From a virus (Duplodnaviria > Caudoviricetes): 64,000 nt of DNA. The position numbers and the translations under genes are program-made. Under the pieces are notes generated by a model that ran no database searches, was not told the origin of the DNA, and was given only the letters and a program-made list of their open reading frames with translations. Location: positions 128,001 through 192,000 of the IMG/VR virus record IMGVR_UViG_2710264778_000001; one strand, written 5' to 3'. Positions 1 to 11,661 of this stretch are shown here, one piece after another (the first letter of the stretch is position 1; each line of letters starts with the position of its first letter).

Positions 1-74
1 TATTACCTTCATTAAGAAAAACAGGAAAATATGAACTACATAACGATAATGAAGAAGAAAATACAAACAAATAT

Positions 75-404
75 TTGAGAATTGAACCAACTAAATTGGA
101 ACAAAAAGCTATTGAACTATTTGAAGAACTAAATTCTAAAACAGGTGAATTAGGTGAATATTTTAGGCCTAAGCATAAAACTAAATTGGCTTTTAATAGA
201 TTTATTAAAGATTGTCTTGGTGATAATGCTACAAAAGAGAACTGTAAAAAGGCAAAAGATATGTTAATTATGATATTAGGGAATGGAGAATATACAATAT
301 ATGAAGATATTCCATTAGATAAAATCAGAAATACAAATACTATGACTGTTTTACATGATATCTGTAAAAATATAAATAATTCTATAGCTGGAGGTATTAG
401 ATAA
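75..404 (+). CDS. Hypothetical protein, probably the C-terminal part of a gene starting before the window
   Basis: ORF track; TTG start with no clear RBS; stop overlaps the next ATG. Confidence 0.45.
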   Translation: MRIEPTKLEQKAIELFEELNSKTGELGEYFRPKHKTKLAFNRFIKDCLGDNATKENCKKAKDMLIMILGNGEYTIYEDIPLDKIRNTNTMTVLHDICKNINNSIAGGIR

Positions 405-1138
405 TGTGTGATTTAACTTATCTTCAAGTATTAGAATTAAATAATAAAAAACGAGAATGTATAAAACTTGGTAAAAGATATGAAAAAGAGAAAATTACAT
501 ACGATAAAAGCAGTTATTCGGAATATGAAATCAACTTTATTGAGTTCGGTAGATTCTGTGAGTACCATAATTTAAATTCTGGTGATTTAAGTATATATGA
601 TAAATATTTAGAATGTGATATGGCAAATTGGAATATTAATCATATCAAATATGAGTCATTAGAAGAAAATCAAATATATGTATTTTTTAATAGGATTAGA
701 ACAGGTGTATATAAAGCAATAATCGCAAACGAAATTACGCCAATATTAAATGATGAAAGAAATATTCAATTTTGGGTAAGTGAAGCTTTATATAGATTAA
801 AAAGTTTAGAAATTGGTTATGATACTATTAAAATAATTAAATTAGATGATTCTGAAATCTTCTTTGAAGGGTTAGAAGAAATATCGGAGGGCGAAATTAT
901 ATTAAGAGAATTCTTAGATAAAAGTTATGATCATATAATTATTAAAGATTCTTTAACTCAAATAGAGTTTAGAGATGAAAATATTAAAGACATTGACCTA
1001 GAATTATTAAATAGATGTAAAAATGTAATTAATATAAGAAAAGTTTCAGAAGATAGCGAACATTATAATATGAACTGGGATTGCCTTTTAGTTAGATTTA
1101 AGGATCAAGACAAAGAAGAAATTTGGCAACCATGTTAA
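404..1138 (+). CDS. Hypothetical phage protein
   Basis: 244-aa ORF with GGAGG RBS, coupled to the upstream stop. Confidence 0.6.
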   Translation: MCDLTYLQVLELNNKKRECIKLGKRYEKEKITYDKSSYSEYEINFIEFGRFCEYHNLNSGDLSIYDKYLECDMANWNINHIKYESLEENQIYVFFNRIRTGVYKAIIANEITPILNDERNIQFWVSEALYRLKSLEIGYDTIKIIKLDDSEIFFEGLEEISEGEIILREFLDKSYDHIIIKDSLTQIEFRDENIKDIDLELLNRCKNVINIRKVSEDSEHYNMNWDCLLVRFKDQDKEEIWQPC

Positions 1139-1152
1139 ATTAAAACTTAATA

Positions 1153-1182
1153 TTGAAATTCAAACAAGGATTGTGCTATAAT
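1153..1182 (+). promoter_or_regulatory. SigA promoter for the antisense sRNA
   Basis: TTGAAA-18 nt-TATAAT with an extended -10 TG. Confidence 0.65.
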
Positions 1183-1188
1183 ACAAAT

Positions 1189-1316
1189 AAGGAAGCTTAG
1201 TGCTGGTAACACTAAGCCTATCTTATGAACGTTTTTGGTTTAAAGTTGTTGAGTAAAATTAGTATGTATTAATTAATGAGTTGGCACTTATCTTTCGTCG
1301 GATGGAGTGCCTTTTT
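1189..1316 (+). ncRNA. Putative type I antitoxin sRNA
   Basis: Own promoter; 5' hairpin 1195-1217; terminator GGCACT..AGTGCC-TTTTT 1283-1316 overlapping the 3' end of the convergent small membrane ORF. Confidence 0.6.
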
Positions 1317-1458
1317 CATTTGTCTCAAATGTAAAATTAAATCCAGTAGTATTGAACTTGGTATCAAATTTGCAAGTTTTGCTAAAAGGACTCAATGCTA
1401 TAACTGCGACTAAACAAATGGTTATAAAACCTAATAAAAGCATAGTATATATAGACAT
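1288..1458 (-). CDS. Small single-TM protein, putative type I toxin (56 aa)
   Basis: MSIYTMLLLGFITICLVAVIALSPF...; RBS AAGGGGGTG; long 5' UTR; promoter TTGTAT-17-TATAAT at 1694-1666. Confidence 0.6.
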   Translation of the reverse strand: MSIYTMLLLGFITICLVAVIALSPFSKTCKFDTKFNTTGFNFTFETNEKGTPSDER

Positions 1459-1754
1459 ACCCAACACCCCCTTGTTAGTTTGAATTTCAACAACTCTAAC
1501 TCCCAAGGCTGGATAACGTACAACCCCGTACAATTACTGTCCACCCGTAACAGTGAGGTAATTTACTATATTTATATAGATTTTCGTCTATAGTTTTTTT
1601 GGTTAAAACACTTTTCATTTTAATTCATTTTTCAAATCCTTATATCTATATAATACAGTAAGGATATTATACCATATTATTAATTTAAATACAATTATAT
1701 ACAAATATACAATGGAATAATTAACTATTATTTGTTATAATCATCTTATAAGGG

Positions 1755-2387
1755 GTGATTATAATGAATTTAATAATACTAAAAATAAAATTTTCAATAT
1801 TGAATCATAAGAAAATAAGTATGATAATTTTCGCTATATTTATTATGATTTTGTCAATTTCATATATTTTATATTTTAATTATGGAATAGGAATGTCTGA
1901 AAAGCAAAAAACAACTAGAATAAATGCATTAATAGCTGATAAAAATTATAATAAAGCAAGAGAATTGAATAATATTTATTTTAATGAAAATGATGAAAAA
2001 AATAAAGCATTGAATAATCTGTTTGTAGCTACTATAAATTTATGTGAACAGACACAAACAAAAAATCTAGAAGAGGCTACGAATCAATATAATGATGTAA
2101 AGAAAAAAGTTGATGCGTTAAAAATAATAAAAGTAGATATTAAAAAAGAAAAATATAATAGTAATTATCATAATATAGAAGTTACAATTCAAAATAATAG
2201 TGATAAAAATATTAATTATGTAAAAATAGGATTAGATTTTAAAGATAAAGATGGTAATATTATTCAAAGTGATTGGACTAATGATAGTTCAACAATAAAA
2301 CCAAATGCAAAACAAACAATTAAAAAAATGGAAAGTAATGATATTAAATATGATACTGTACAAGCAAATATTGAGGAATTTAGATAA
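1755..2387 (+). CDS. Membrane-anchored FxLYD-domain-like protein (moron)
   Basis: N-terminal TM helix; C-terminal Ig-like segment 'NIEVTIQNNSDKNINYVKIGLDFKDKDGNII'. Confidence 0.6.
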   Translation: MIIMNLIILKIKFSILNHKKISMIIFAIFIMILSISYILYFNYGIGMSEKQKTTRINALIADKNYNKARELNNIYFNENDEKNKALNNLFVATINLCEQTQTKNLEEATNQYNDVKKKVDALKIIKVDIKKEKYNSNYHNIEVTIQNNSDKNINYVKIGLDFKDKDGNIIQSDWTNDSSTIKPNAKQTIKKMESNDIKYDTVQANIEEFR

Positions 2388-2465
2388 AATGTAATAAATA
2401 AGAAAACTTTAAGAATCAGTTTAATATCTGGTTCTTTTATTATTTTAAAGGAGAGATGATTTATA

Positions 2466-3047
2466 ATGGCTAAATTAAAAGATAACGATATTAAAAAGAA
2501 AATTAGAGCAAAATTCAATGAATATGAGATATATAATCCTGAATTTAATATAGAAATTTATAATAACTTAATTGAACGAATTAAAGAGAATTCTAAGCAA
2601 ACTGAATTAGAAAACAATGAAGCAGATATTCAAATTGATACAATAAATATCATGAGAGAAATGTTGATTGGACTATCAAATATTGAGGATGAAGATTATT
2701 GGAGGAACATTAGTGATTGTGACTTAGACACAATGTTAAATCTAGCAGATGGTGATTTTAAATTGGTTATACAAATGTTAATGGATATAATGTTAGAATT
2801 AGCACAAGATATAAGAATTCAAGAGATTAGAAAATTAAATATATTAAAAAACAAATTAAATGAATTTGTTGAAGTATTTAACTTTAACTCAGATATAGAT
2901 AATCTGTTAGATAAATTTGGATTAGACAGAGAATTGTTTATAAAAATTCAAAATGGTGATACCGATGCAGTTAAAAAGTTTCAAGAAATTATAACAAATA
3001 AAATAAATAAACCAAAAAGAAAATATACAAAGAAAATCAACAAGTAA
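2466..3047 (+). CDS. Putative tail assembly chaperone
   Basis: Immediately upstream of the tape measure gene; helical and acidic. Confidence 0.4.
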   Translation: MAKLKDNDIKKKIRAKFNEYEIYNPEFNIEIYNNLIERIKENSKQTELENNEADIQIDTINIMREMLIGLSNIEDEDYWRNISDCDLDTMLNLADGDFKLVIQMLMDIMLELAQDIRIQEIRKLNILKNKLNEFVEVFNFNSDIDNLLDKFGLDRELFIKIQNGDTDAVKKFQEIITNKINKPKRKYTKKINK

Positions 3048-3075
3048 GAGAGCGTTTATTACACTCTCTTTTTTT
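3046..3075 (+). terminator. Intrinsic terminator-like hairpin
   Basis: AAGAGAG..CTCTCTT followed by a T-run. Confidence 0.55.
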
Positions 3076-3105
3076 ATTGCAAATAGAAAGGAGAGAAATT
3101 AATAA

Positions 3106-4778
3106 ATGGCAGAATATAAGAATAATATAAAAATTGGAATAGCTTTTGATAAACAAAAAGATATACAAGGGCAATTAGATTCTTTAATAAAAAGCTTGAA
3201 TAACACTAAAATTAATTTAGACATAAACTTAAATAACACTGATTTGGTTAAAAAATTAGAAAATATAACAAAAATGGCTGATAATTTTAAAAGCAGTTTT
3301 GGTGGAAACATATCTCTTGGCAATGTAGATCAAGTAATAAATAAGACTATATCAGCTATGGGAAGTCTTAATGGAGAACTATTAAAAACTAATATAAAAA
3401 CTTTTAACGACATTGTTACTAAAAGCATTTCTACTAATATTGGAGAAGTTACTAGGCAAACAGAAAAATTTATTAACGAAAGTGGGCAACTGCAAAAAAT
3501 TGGTGAAACAATTACAACAGTAACTGAAAATTCTGAAAGATTTAAACAATCAATGAATGATATTCAAAAAGCTATGTTGTCTTTAGAATCAATGAAACTT
3601 AATGGTTTAGTTGATACAAATTCTATTGAAAAATTGAAAACTGATTTAAATACTGTTTTTTCAGAATCTAATAAAGAAAATGGTATTAAATTTTCAGATA
3701 ATGAACTAAAGAATTATTTAAATCAAGTTAAAGCATTAGAAAATGAAGAAAAAAATTTAAAAGAAATACAAGATATAAATAATAGAGAATTAGAAGCTAT
3801 GTATAAGCTTCAACAAGATGATTTAAAACAATTACAACAACTAGAACAGCAAAGAGAAAAAGAATTACTACAAGAACAAATGTTGATAGAACGTCAAGCT
3901 GAAGCATATAAGCAAATTGATGTTATGAAAGCAAATGGGATTATAAGCAATTCAGATATTGCCAAGCTTGAATCAATGGTACAAAAAGCTAATTCATTAA
4001 AAGATATGAATAAAGCTTTGAGTGAAATTATGACAACATCAATGATGAAAGAATCATCTATAGTAACATTATCAAAACAATTAGATGAAGCTCAAGTAAA
4101 ATTAGATAAAATGAAATCCACTTTTGGTAATAAGTTACCAGATGGATTTATTCAATCAACTGAAAGCCAAATAAACAAGTTAAAAGAAGATCTAACTAAA
4201 GTTGATGGTATGAATTTTAATGGCATCAAAAACAGTTTAAATGATATTAATACTGGAATGAAAGTTACAAATAATGAAACTAAAGAATTAGTAAATTCTT
4301 TAAAAGAAACTAATAACAATAGTTTCTTTGGTAGTATGAGTAGTTTTCTTGGCAAAATTGGTGTGTTTTATGGAATACAACAAGTAACTCAAGAAATCTC
4401 TCAACAGTTAAAAAATGCGGCAAGTTATACTATTGATATGGATAAGTCTATGACCAATATGCAAATGATTACTGGAAAATCAAAATCAGATGTTGGAGAT
4501 ATAGTTAATAATTATAAACAATTAGGTGAACAATTACATACTACTAATTCTGAAATGATGAGGGGCATGGAAGAGGTAACAAGAGCAGGATTTGATGGAA
4601 AAGAAGGAGAATCATTAATGTCTGCTTCTATCATGGGTTCTAAGCTTTCTGGTCAAACTACAGAACAAGTTACTCAACAATTAATTGCAATTAAAAATGC
4701 GTTTAATATGACTGGTGAACAAATGCAAAATGTTGTAGATATGATGAGCAAGATGGATAATGTTTCAGCAACGTCGTT
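3106..4778 (+). CDS. Tail tape measure protein, exon 1
   Basis: Coiled coil followed by a TP901-like TMP core; ends at the P1 U-G splice site; splicing gives ...SATS-F-KEIASAIQRTA. Confidence 0.85.
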
Positions 4779-6008
4779 AGATTTTGACGACTTAGTGGTA
4801 TAATAGATAAACCACTAATAAAAAATTCTCTCTTATATACGGCGAAAATCCAGAGATGGACAACGCCTTCCAAGATAATTGATTAATTAATAATAAAATA
4901 TAATGTGTTATTTAAGATAAGAACAATATTCTTGTCTTTTTATTTTGTAGAAAATGGAGGTGTAATATTGAAGATAGGTAATATAAAAGTATATGGAATT
5001 ATTTATAAAATAACAAATAAAATAAATAACAACATTTACATTGGACAAACTACTAAGAAAAATGGTTTTAATAGTAGATATTGTTGTAAAGGAACTGAAA
5101 TAGAACGTGTTTATAAATATCATAAAAAGTTAAAAGAATCTAATAATAAATCTTTTAACTCTCATTTATATAACTCTATATTAAAATATGGGTTTGAATC
5201 TTTTGAAATAGTAAAAATATTTGATATTGCATTTAGTCAAGATGAATTAAATATAAAAGAAAAATGTTGGATAAATTATTATGATTCATATAAAAATGGA
5301 TATAATCAAACAATTGGTGGAGAAGGAACTTTTGGCCATAAAGCATTAAAAGGCAAAGAAAATCCAACTTCTAGAAGTGTTATTCAATTAGATTTAAGTG
5401 GAAACTATATAAAAACATGGGATTACATGACACAAGCTATCAATGAATTAAATGTAGATAAAGCAAGTATGATAAAGTCTTGTAAAAATAAACATTATTC
5501 AGCTAGTGGATTTTTATGGGTGTATGAAGATGAATATGATATCAATAAAACATATAAACATATTCCTAAAAGAAAAAATTCAAAAGAAGTTTATAAATTA
5601 GATGAAGACTACAATATTATTGAAAAATATATTAGTTCAAAAGAAGCTTCAAGAATATTAAAAATAAATCATGTATCCATTTCAAGAGTTTGTTCGGGAA
5701 TGAGAAAAACATATTTGGGATATATTTGGATGAATGTTGAAGATTATAATAAAAAATTTATAAAGACTTCCGAAATTAATTAACACACCATTTCGGATTA
5801 TTAATTAATCAATTATCGGGAACAACGACTGAGCGAGAGAACTACATTTATTATGTAGATGCAACAGTCTGAACACACGCTATAATCTAAAAATGAAACG
5901 TGTGAAAAATGGTCAAGTGTAAAGACACTTTTGGAAGAACCATTTTCGCTATATAATAAATAATTATATAGTCAGTAATCTATTTTAATAGATGAAAGTA
6001 ACAGAATG
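4779..6008 (+). mobile_element. Group I intron in the tape measure gene (1230 nt) carrying a homing endonuclease
   Basis: P1 GTCGTTA/TGACGAC; P3 TTCTCTC/GAGAGAA; P7 GACTG/CAGTC; perfect 21-bp stem 4874-4894/5797-5817 enclosing the ORF; terminal G6008; removal restores the frame. Confidence 0.88.
4968..5783 (+). CDS. Intron-encoded GIY-YIG homing endonuclease with NUMOD1-like repeats
   Basis: 'GIIYKITNKINNNIYIGQT' motif; TTG start after GGAGG at 4956; two C-terminal NUMOD1-type units. Confidence 0.88.
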   Translation: MKIGNIKVYGIIYKITNKINNNIYIGQTTKKNGFNSRYCCKGTEIERVYKYHKKLKESNNKSFNSHLYNSILKYGFESFEIVKIFDIAFSQDELNIKEKCWINYYDSYKNGYNQTIGGEGTFGHKALKGKENPTSRSVIQLDLSGNYIKTWDYMTQAINELNVDKASMIKSCKNKHYSASGFLWVYEDEYDINKTYKHIPKRKNSKEVYKLDEDYNIIEKYISSKEASRILKINHVSISRVCSGMRKTYLGYIWMNVEDYNKKFIKTSEIN

Positions 6009-9000
6009 TAAAGAAATAGCTTCAGCAATACAAAGAACAGCTTTCTCAGCGCAAGAAGCAGGAACCCCACTTAGCAATCTTATTACATATATAACAACAG
6101 TTTCAGAAAAAACTAGAAAATCAGCAGAAACTATAGGTGAAAGTTTTAAAACAATTTACGCACGATATAGTAATATAAAATTGGGTAATCTTGATGAAGA
6201 TGGTAAAACAATTAACGACACCGAAACGGCCATGAACAGAATCGGGATAGCTATAAGAAATAACAAAGGACAGTTTAAAGAATTTGATACTGTATTACAA
6301 GAATTTATGCAAAAATTTAAAAGTGGACAGCTAAGTCAAGTTGACTATCTAGCAGGAATTCAAGCATTAGCCGGAACTAGGCAAAGAGAAACGTTGATGG
6401 CATTAATGGAAAATATGGACACATTAAATCAACATCAAAAAGAAGTAGCACAATCGGCTGGTTCTGCTAAAAAAATGATGGATGAAGCATATAATCAATC
6501 GTTAGATGCACGTATTCAGGATTTAAAAAGAGCATTTGAAGAATTATATGAAAAAATAACAAATTCAGAACAATTAAAATGGCTAGTTTCAGAATTTACA
6601 CAATTAATAACTGTATTATCAAATGTAGATGGAAAAACTATAGCTTTTACTGCCACTATTGGTGGATTAGTTTTAGTAATGTCAAAATTGTCAGCATTGA
6701 ATAAAACTTTACTTGCTGGTGAAGCAGTAACAGGATTAAGTAAATTTATTGGATTGGCAAGTGGAATGACTAAATTAGAAACAGGTGCTACAGGCGTTGC
6801 AACAGCATTTGGACTATTGAAAGGTGGAATAGTTAGTGCAACACAAGCATCTATTGCATTCATTAGTAGTTCTTTAGGTTTAGTTATTGCAGGAATTGCA
6901 GTTGCTATAGGTGTTGCCATTTCAGCATTTACAAGTTATAAAGAACATCAAGCACAATTAGAACAACAATCAAAGAACTTAAAAGATGCTATTGATGGAG
7001 TCAATGAAAGTCTTAAAAATGGAGATACAAAAGGCGCTAGCAAGCAATTGGATAAAGCTAAAGAAGAACAGGTACAATTACAAAAGCTTTATGAAACTAG
7101 AAAAAGATTAGAGGGAATGTCTGAAGATCAATTTTATGGTAAAATGGGTGGGGCAGATAAAGCACAATCAATTGCTTTAGTTCAACATCAAATCGATGAA
7201 TTAACAAATTCTATAAAGGAAAATGGATTAACGGTTAATGAAGAAACTGGAACTATTAAGGAATATGTTGAAGCACAAGAACAAGTCGCAAATGCTAAAA
7301 CAGTAGATACTATTAAGGAACAGACAAAAGCACAATTAGAAGATAGAATGAATTTAGAAGAAGCTCAGGGGGAATATAATAATTTTATAGGAACTGTTCA
7401 AGGGTTATATACAGAATATCAAACTCTATCAGATCAAGAGAGTTTAAGTGCTGATCAAAAGACACGTTTAAGTGAAGTGTGTTCAGAGCTACAATCTAAA
7501 TTTACAGATTTAAATGTTAGTGTTGATGAAAATGGTGTTGCACATATAAATAATACCCCACTTATAGAAGACAATATTTCTTATCTAACTAGCGAGGGAA
7601 TGACTATTGAGACTTTAACTAGTATACGTCTTAGTGATGCAAAAGCTTGTAGTGAATGGTCTATTGGTAATCAGCAAATGACTTATCAAGAAGTTTCTAA
7701 CAATATAGAAAATTATAAGGCTGAAATTGATGCTATTGGGAAGTTAATGGAAGCTAGAAGTCAAAGCGCTCAAAGCTCTACAGCTTCAGGAACAATAACT
7801 GATTCTGCAATTGATGCAACTTTACAAGTTACTAAATCTGGCTTGGAAGCTGATGCTAGTGAATTAGAAAGTGCTAAATCTAAAATAGATTCAATATATG
7901 GATCTATAAAAGCTCCTGTTAATAATGCACATACTGTTGGTGGTGGAGGAGACTATATGCCATCAGGAGAAAGTGGAGGAGGAAAAAAAGGTTCATCTGG
8001 ATCAGGTAAATCAGAAGAGGCAGAAGCTAAAAAAGCACAACAAGAAGCAATAAAAGCTGAAAAAGATGCCTTGAAAGAAATTACTGATGCATATGATAAA
8101 TCTAAGAATACAATATCAAATGACTTAAAAGAGATTGAATTAAATGAAAAAATGCTAGGTAAAGCTACAAATGATAATTTTCCTCAGAGAGTAGATTTAA
8201 CTAATAAGAAAATAAAAGAACAACAAAGTTTACTAGATTCCTCCACAAATCAGTTGATGGATTTAGAAACACAGTCTTATAATACAGAAGAAGGACAAAA
8301 GGCATTAGCTGATGCTATAGAGAAGGCTAATACTGAAATTATAAATCAAAAAATTGCTGTAGAAGAAGCTAAACAAGCATTACAAGACTTATTACAACAA
8401 CAAATGAAACAAGTAATTGAACAAGAAAAAAATGTTGCTGAAATTGAATTAGAAGGAAAACAAGAGTATGATACCAAAGCCTTAGAAGACTATACTAAAC
8501 AACAAGAAAATGCACATAATGCTAGAATACAATCATTAGATGATGAATTAGATGCTTTAGAAAAACAAAATGAAGAAGAAGAAAAATCTAATGAACTTCA
8601 AGAGAAAAGAAATGATTTAAAACAAAAAGAAATGGATTTGGAAAGACTCAAAGGACAGCAAACTATTCAAACACTTCAAAAACAGGCAGATGGAACATAT
8701 CAATTTGTTTATACTTATGACAAATTAGCAGTTGAAGATAAACAAAAGGAAGTTGATGAAGCTAAAAAGGAGTTAGAAGATACTAGACGAAAACAAGAGT
8801 ACGAAGCAGAAAAACAAGCCATTGAAGATCAAAAAAAGTCAGAAGAGGATTTATATAAGAAAAAAGAAGATTATTTAAAGAAATATGCTGATAGTCTTAA
8901 GGAACAACAAGACTTAGAAAAACAACGACTTGATCAATATTACTCAGATATGGATAAGTTATCTTTTAATAGATTGCAAGAATTGGAGCAACAATATGGT

Positions 9001-10035
9001 CAAAATTGGGATGAAATAGCTAAAACTATTCAATCAAAATTATCAGAAACTGAATCCTCGTTCGAACAATTAACTACTATAAAATTAAATTTTGGAACAA
9101 AGGCAGTTCAAGAGGCATTAAATAGTGGTGATATTACTACTTATTTAACAAATAAAAGAGACCAAATTGATAAATCAACTAAATTAGACTTACAAGGAAT
9201 TGATAGTTATATTAAATCAATTGATGATTCTGCACAAGATTTAAGTGAAACTTATGATAATATATTATCTATTAAAGATAATAACGAGATAACTGAATCT
9301 GACATAAAAACCAGACAAGTTCAGGCGAATAAGGTAGTAAATATAGATTTTGATGGATTACAAAAACAAATTAAAAATCTTCAAGATGCAAATGAGAAGT
9401 TAGAGATGGAATTAGATTCTCATTATAATAAACAATTATCAAGACAAAAAAGAGCACAGCAAGAGGAACTTGAAAGTTTACAAAAATTTTCTGAATCTTA
9501 TTTAACATTATCTAATAAATTCTTAGAGTTATTACAAGTTGTATATGATTATAGATTTAATAATATAACTACAAATGTTGCAGGAGCTGTTAATGAAATT
9601 GTTGCAGGATTAAATGTAATATCCGAAGCTTATGAATCATATGCAAAAGCATGGAATAAAATGCATCCAGATGATAAAATTCCTTCTAGTATTGATACTG
9701 CACAAGTACAATCAGATAATTCAACCTATCAAAAATCTGTAATTGATTATCAGAATAGCAAACTGTCATTGTATAATGCTGACGTTTTTGAACAGTATTA
9801 TAAACAAATTAAAAATGGAATTACTGATAATATACTAACACAACTTGGTAATTATTCATTGCCATCTGGAAATTCTATTAACACAAGTAATAATTCTGTT
9901 GTTAACAATAAGAATACTACTACGTCAAAAACTACACAAGTTACAATTAATCAACTTGATGTTAATACAAAAGATGCACAAAGCCTTCTTAATCAGTTAT
10001 TAACACTTGTAGAAAATAAAACAAAATTAAGCTAG
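6009..10035 (+). CDS. Tail tape measure protein, exon 2 (spliced product about 1899 aa)
   Basis: 'KTRKSAETIGESFKTIYAR' SPbeta-type TMP segment, hydrophobic Ala/Gly stretch, long coiled coils. Confidence 0.85.
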
Positions 10036-10077
10036 GATGAATATATCCTAGCTATTTTATATTGAGGTGATTCATAT

Positions 10078-10365
10078 ATGGATTTAGATTTAAATAAGGA
10101 AGCAGATATGCTTATCAAAGCAATGCAAACTCATTCGGAAAAAGAAGTAAAAAATAAAGCAATATTAAATATGAATAAATTAGGATATGTAAAAGAAAAC
10201 TTAGGGAATAACTTATATATAGTAGTTATAGATGATGAAGAATATAAAATGGGGGCAAGAACTGGTCTATTATTAAATGAAAAAGACATTGTTATTGTTA
10301 TGTTATTTAATGGAGATCTTAATAGACCATGGATAATTGATAAAAAAACATGGAGTTGTTGGTGA
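10078..10365 (+). CDS. Small tail/baseplate protein
   Basis: ORF with RBS directly after TMP. Confidence 0.5.
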   Translation: MDLDLNKEADMLIKAMQTHSEKEVKNKAILNMNKLGYVKENLGNNLYIVVIDDEEYKMGARTGLLLNEKDIVIVMLFNGDLNRPWIIDKKTWSCW

Positions 10366-10408
10366 ATTAATATATATAAACTTTAATATTTGGAGGTGAA
10401 TTTGAGAA

Positions 10409-11590
10409 TTGGAAACAAATAATCAACAAATTTGTGCTAGAAGTCGAAATAGAACTTTAGGTTGTAGAATAGAATTACTTAATACAAATTATAATGTTGT
10501 TGATACCATTCAAGGAAAAATCATAGGAGGATCAATAACACTAACAAATAATTCAAATGATAATAGTAATTTTTCAAGATTATCAGGAAGCTTGGATATG
10601 ATTCTAACTAATGATCTATCTATTGCTTATTACAAATTAGATTTAAGACATTTAGTAAGAATAATTATGAAAATAACAGATAATATTAGTGGTATCTCTG
10701 CTGAATATAATTTAGGAATAGCGATTTTAAATTCTCCTCAAATAACTAAAGGTATAGATGGTAACAGTAAAATATCAATAAGTTTAAATGATTTATTTAG
10801 TAATTATAATGGAGATTTTTCAGGAGACTTAGATCACACAGTTACATTACCATCAAGCTCAACTTCTAGTTTGAATTTATCTCAAAGTCTTTTATCAATT
10901 GCTTTAAATGCTGATTTAATGAATTTGGATGCTAGTAAAGTTAAATTTGAAACAAATACTTTTCAAATACCCTATGATATTACATGTGAATCAGGAAGTA
11001 AAATAACTGATTTATTAAAATTACTTATGGACTTATATAAAGGATATGAACTTTTCTTTGATCAAAATGGAGTTTTAATTTACCAAAAAATTAAACAATA
11101 TGAAACAGACAGTCCTATACAAGAGTTTTTTAATAGTCCAAATATAATAAGTTATGATAGGAAAGATAATTCAACTAATATTAGAAATGTTGTTACAGTT
11201 TTAGGAGCTGTTCAAGAAACGGCAAACAGTGTGGATATTCCATATCAATACAAAGCAACAGCTACAGAAGATAGAGCAACTTGTCCTATTAGCACTGTTA
11301 ATATAGGTATTAAAAGAAAGGTTATAAAAAATGACAAAAATCAATCTAATGAGACTTGTTTATCTGAAGCACAATATAATTTATTAAAGTATAGTAATTT
11401 GGCTGAAGTATTAGAATTATCAATCTTACCAGATTTTAGACTAGTTCCAAATAGAGTAATTATTGTAGAGTATAGTGATGATAATTTAATTATTGAAAAG
11501 GGTAGATATTTAATAGATTCAGTTACTTTTGGATTGAAACCAAGTGACTTATCAACAGTAACTTGTCATAAATTATATCCAACAACTTAG
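10409..11590 (+). CDS. Putative baseplate hub/tail protein
   Basis: Position in tail module; 'YELFFDQNGVLIYQKI' hub-like segment. Confidence 0.55.
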   Translation: METNNQQICARSRNRTLGCRIELLNTNYNVVDTIQGKIIGGSITLTNNSNDNSNFSRLSGSLDMILTNDLSIAYYKLDLRHLVRIIMKITDNISGISAEYNLGIAILNSPQITKGIDGNSKISISLNDLFSNYNGDFSGDLDHTVTLPSSSTSSLNLSQSLLSIALNADLMNLDASKVKFETNTFQIPYDITCESGSKITDLLKLLMDLYKGYELFFDQNGVLIYQKIKQYETDSPIQEFFNSPNIISYDRKDNSTNIRNVVTVLGAVQETANSVDIPYQYKATATEDRATCPISTVNIGIKRKVIKNDKNQSNETCLSEAQYNLLKYSNLAEVLELSILPDFRLVPNRVIIVEYSDDNLIIEKGRYLIDSVTFGLKPSDLSTVTCHKLYPTT

Positions 11591-11661
11591 GATAAAAAGA
11601 CTATAAAATATGACTTTTAAAAGAATAAAATATATTAAAATATAAAGAAAGGAGTGGAAGA

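Noticed and set aside
1459-1660. c-di-GMP or other riboswitch in the toxin leader
   Set aside because: Structured, but no recognisable aptamer consensus; 5'-3' UTR pairing explains the structure
3106-10035. TMP and nrdD as frameshifted pseudogenes or intein-split genes
   Set aside because: Both gaps contain group I intron cores whose removal restores the frame
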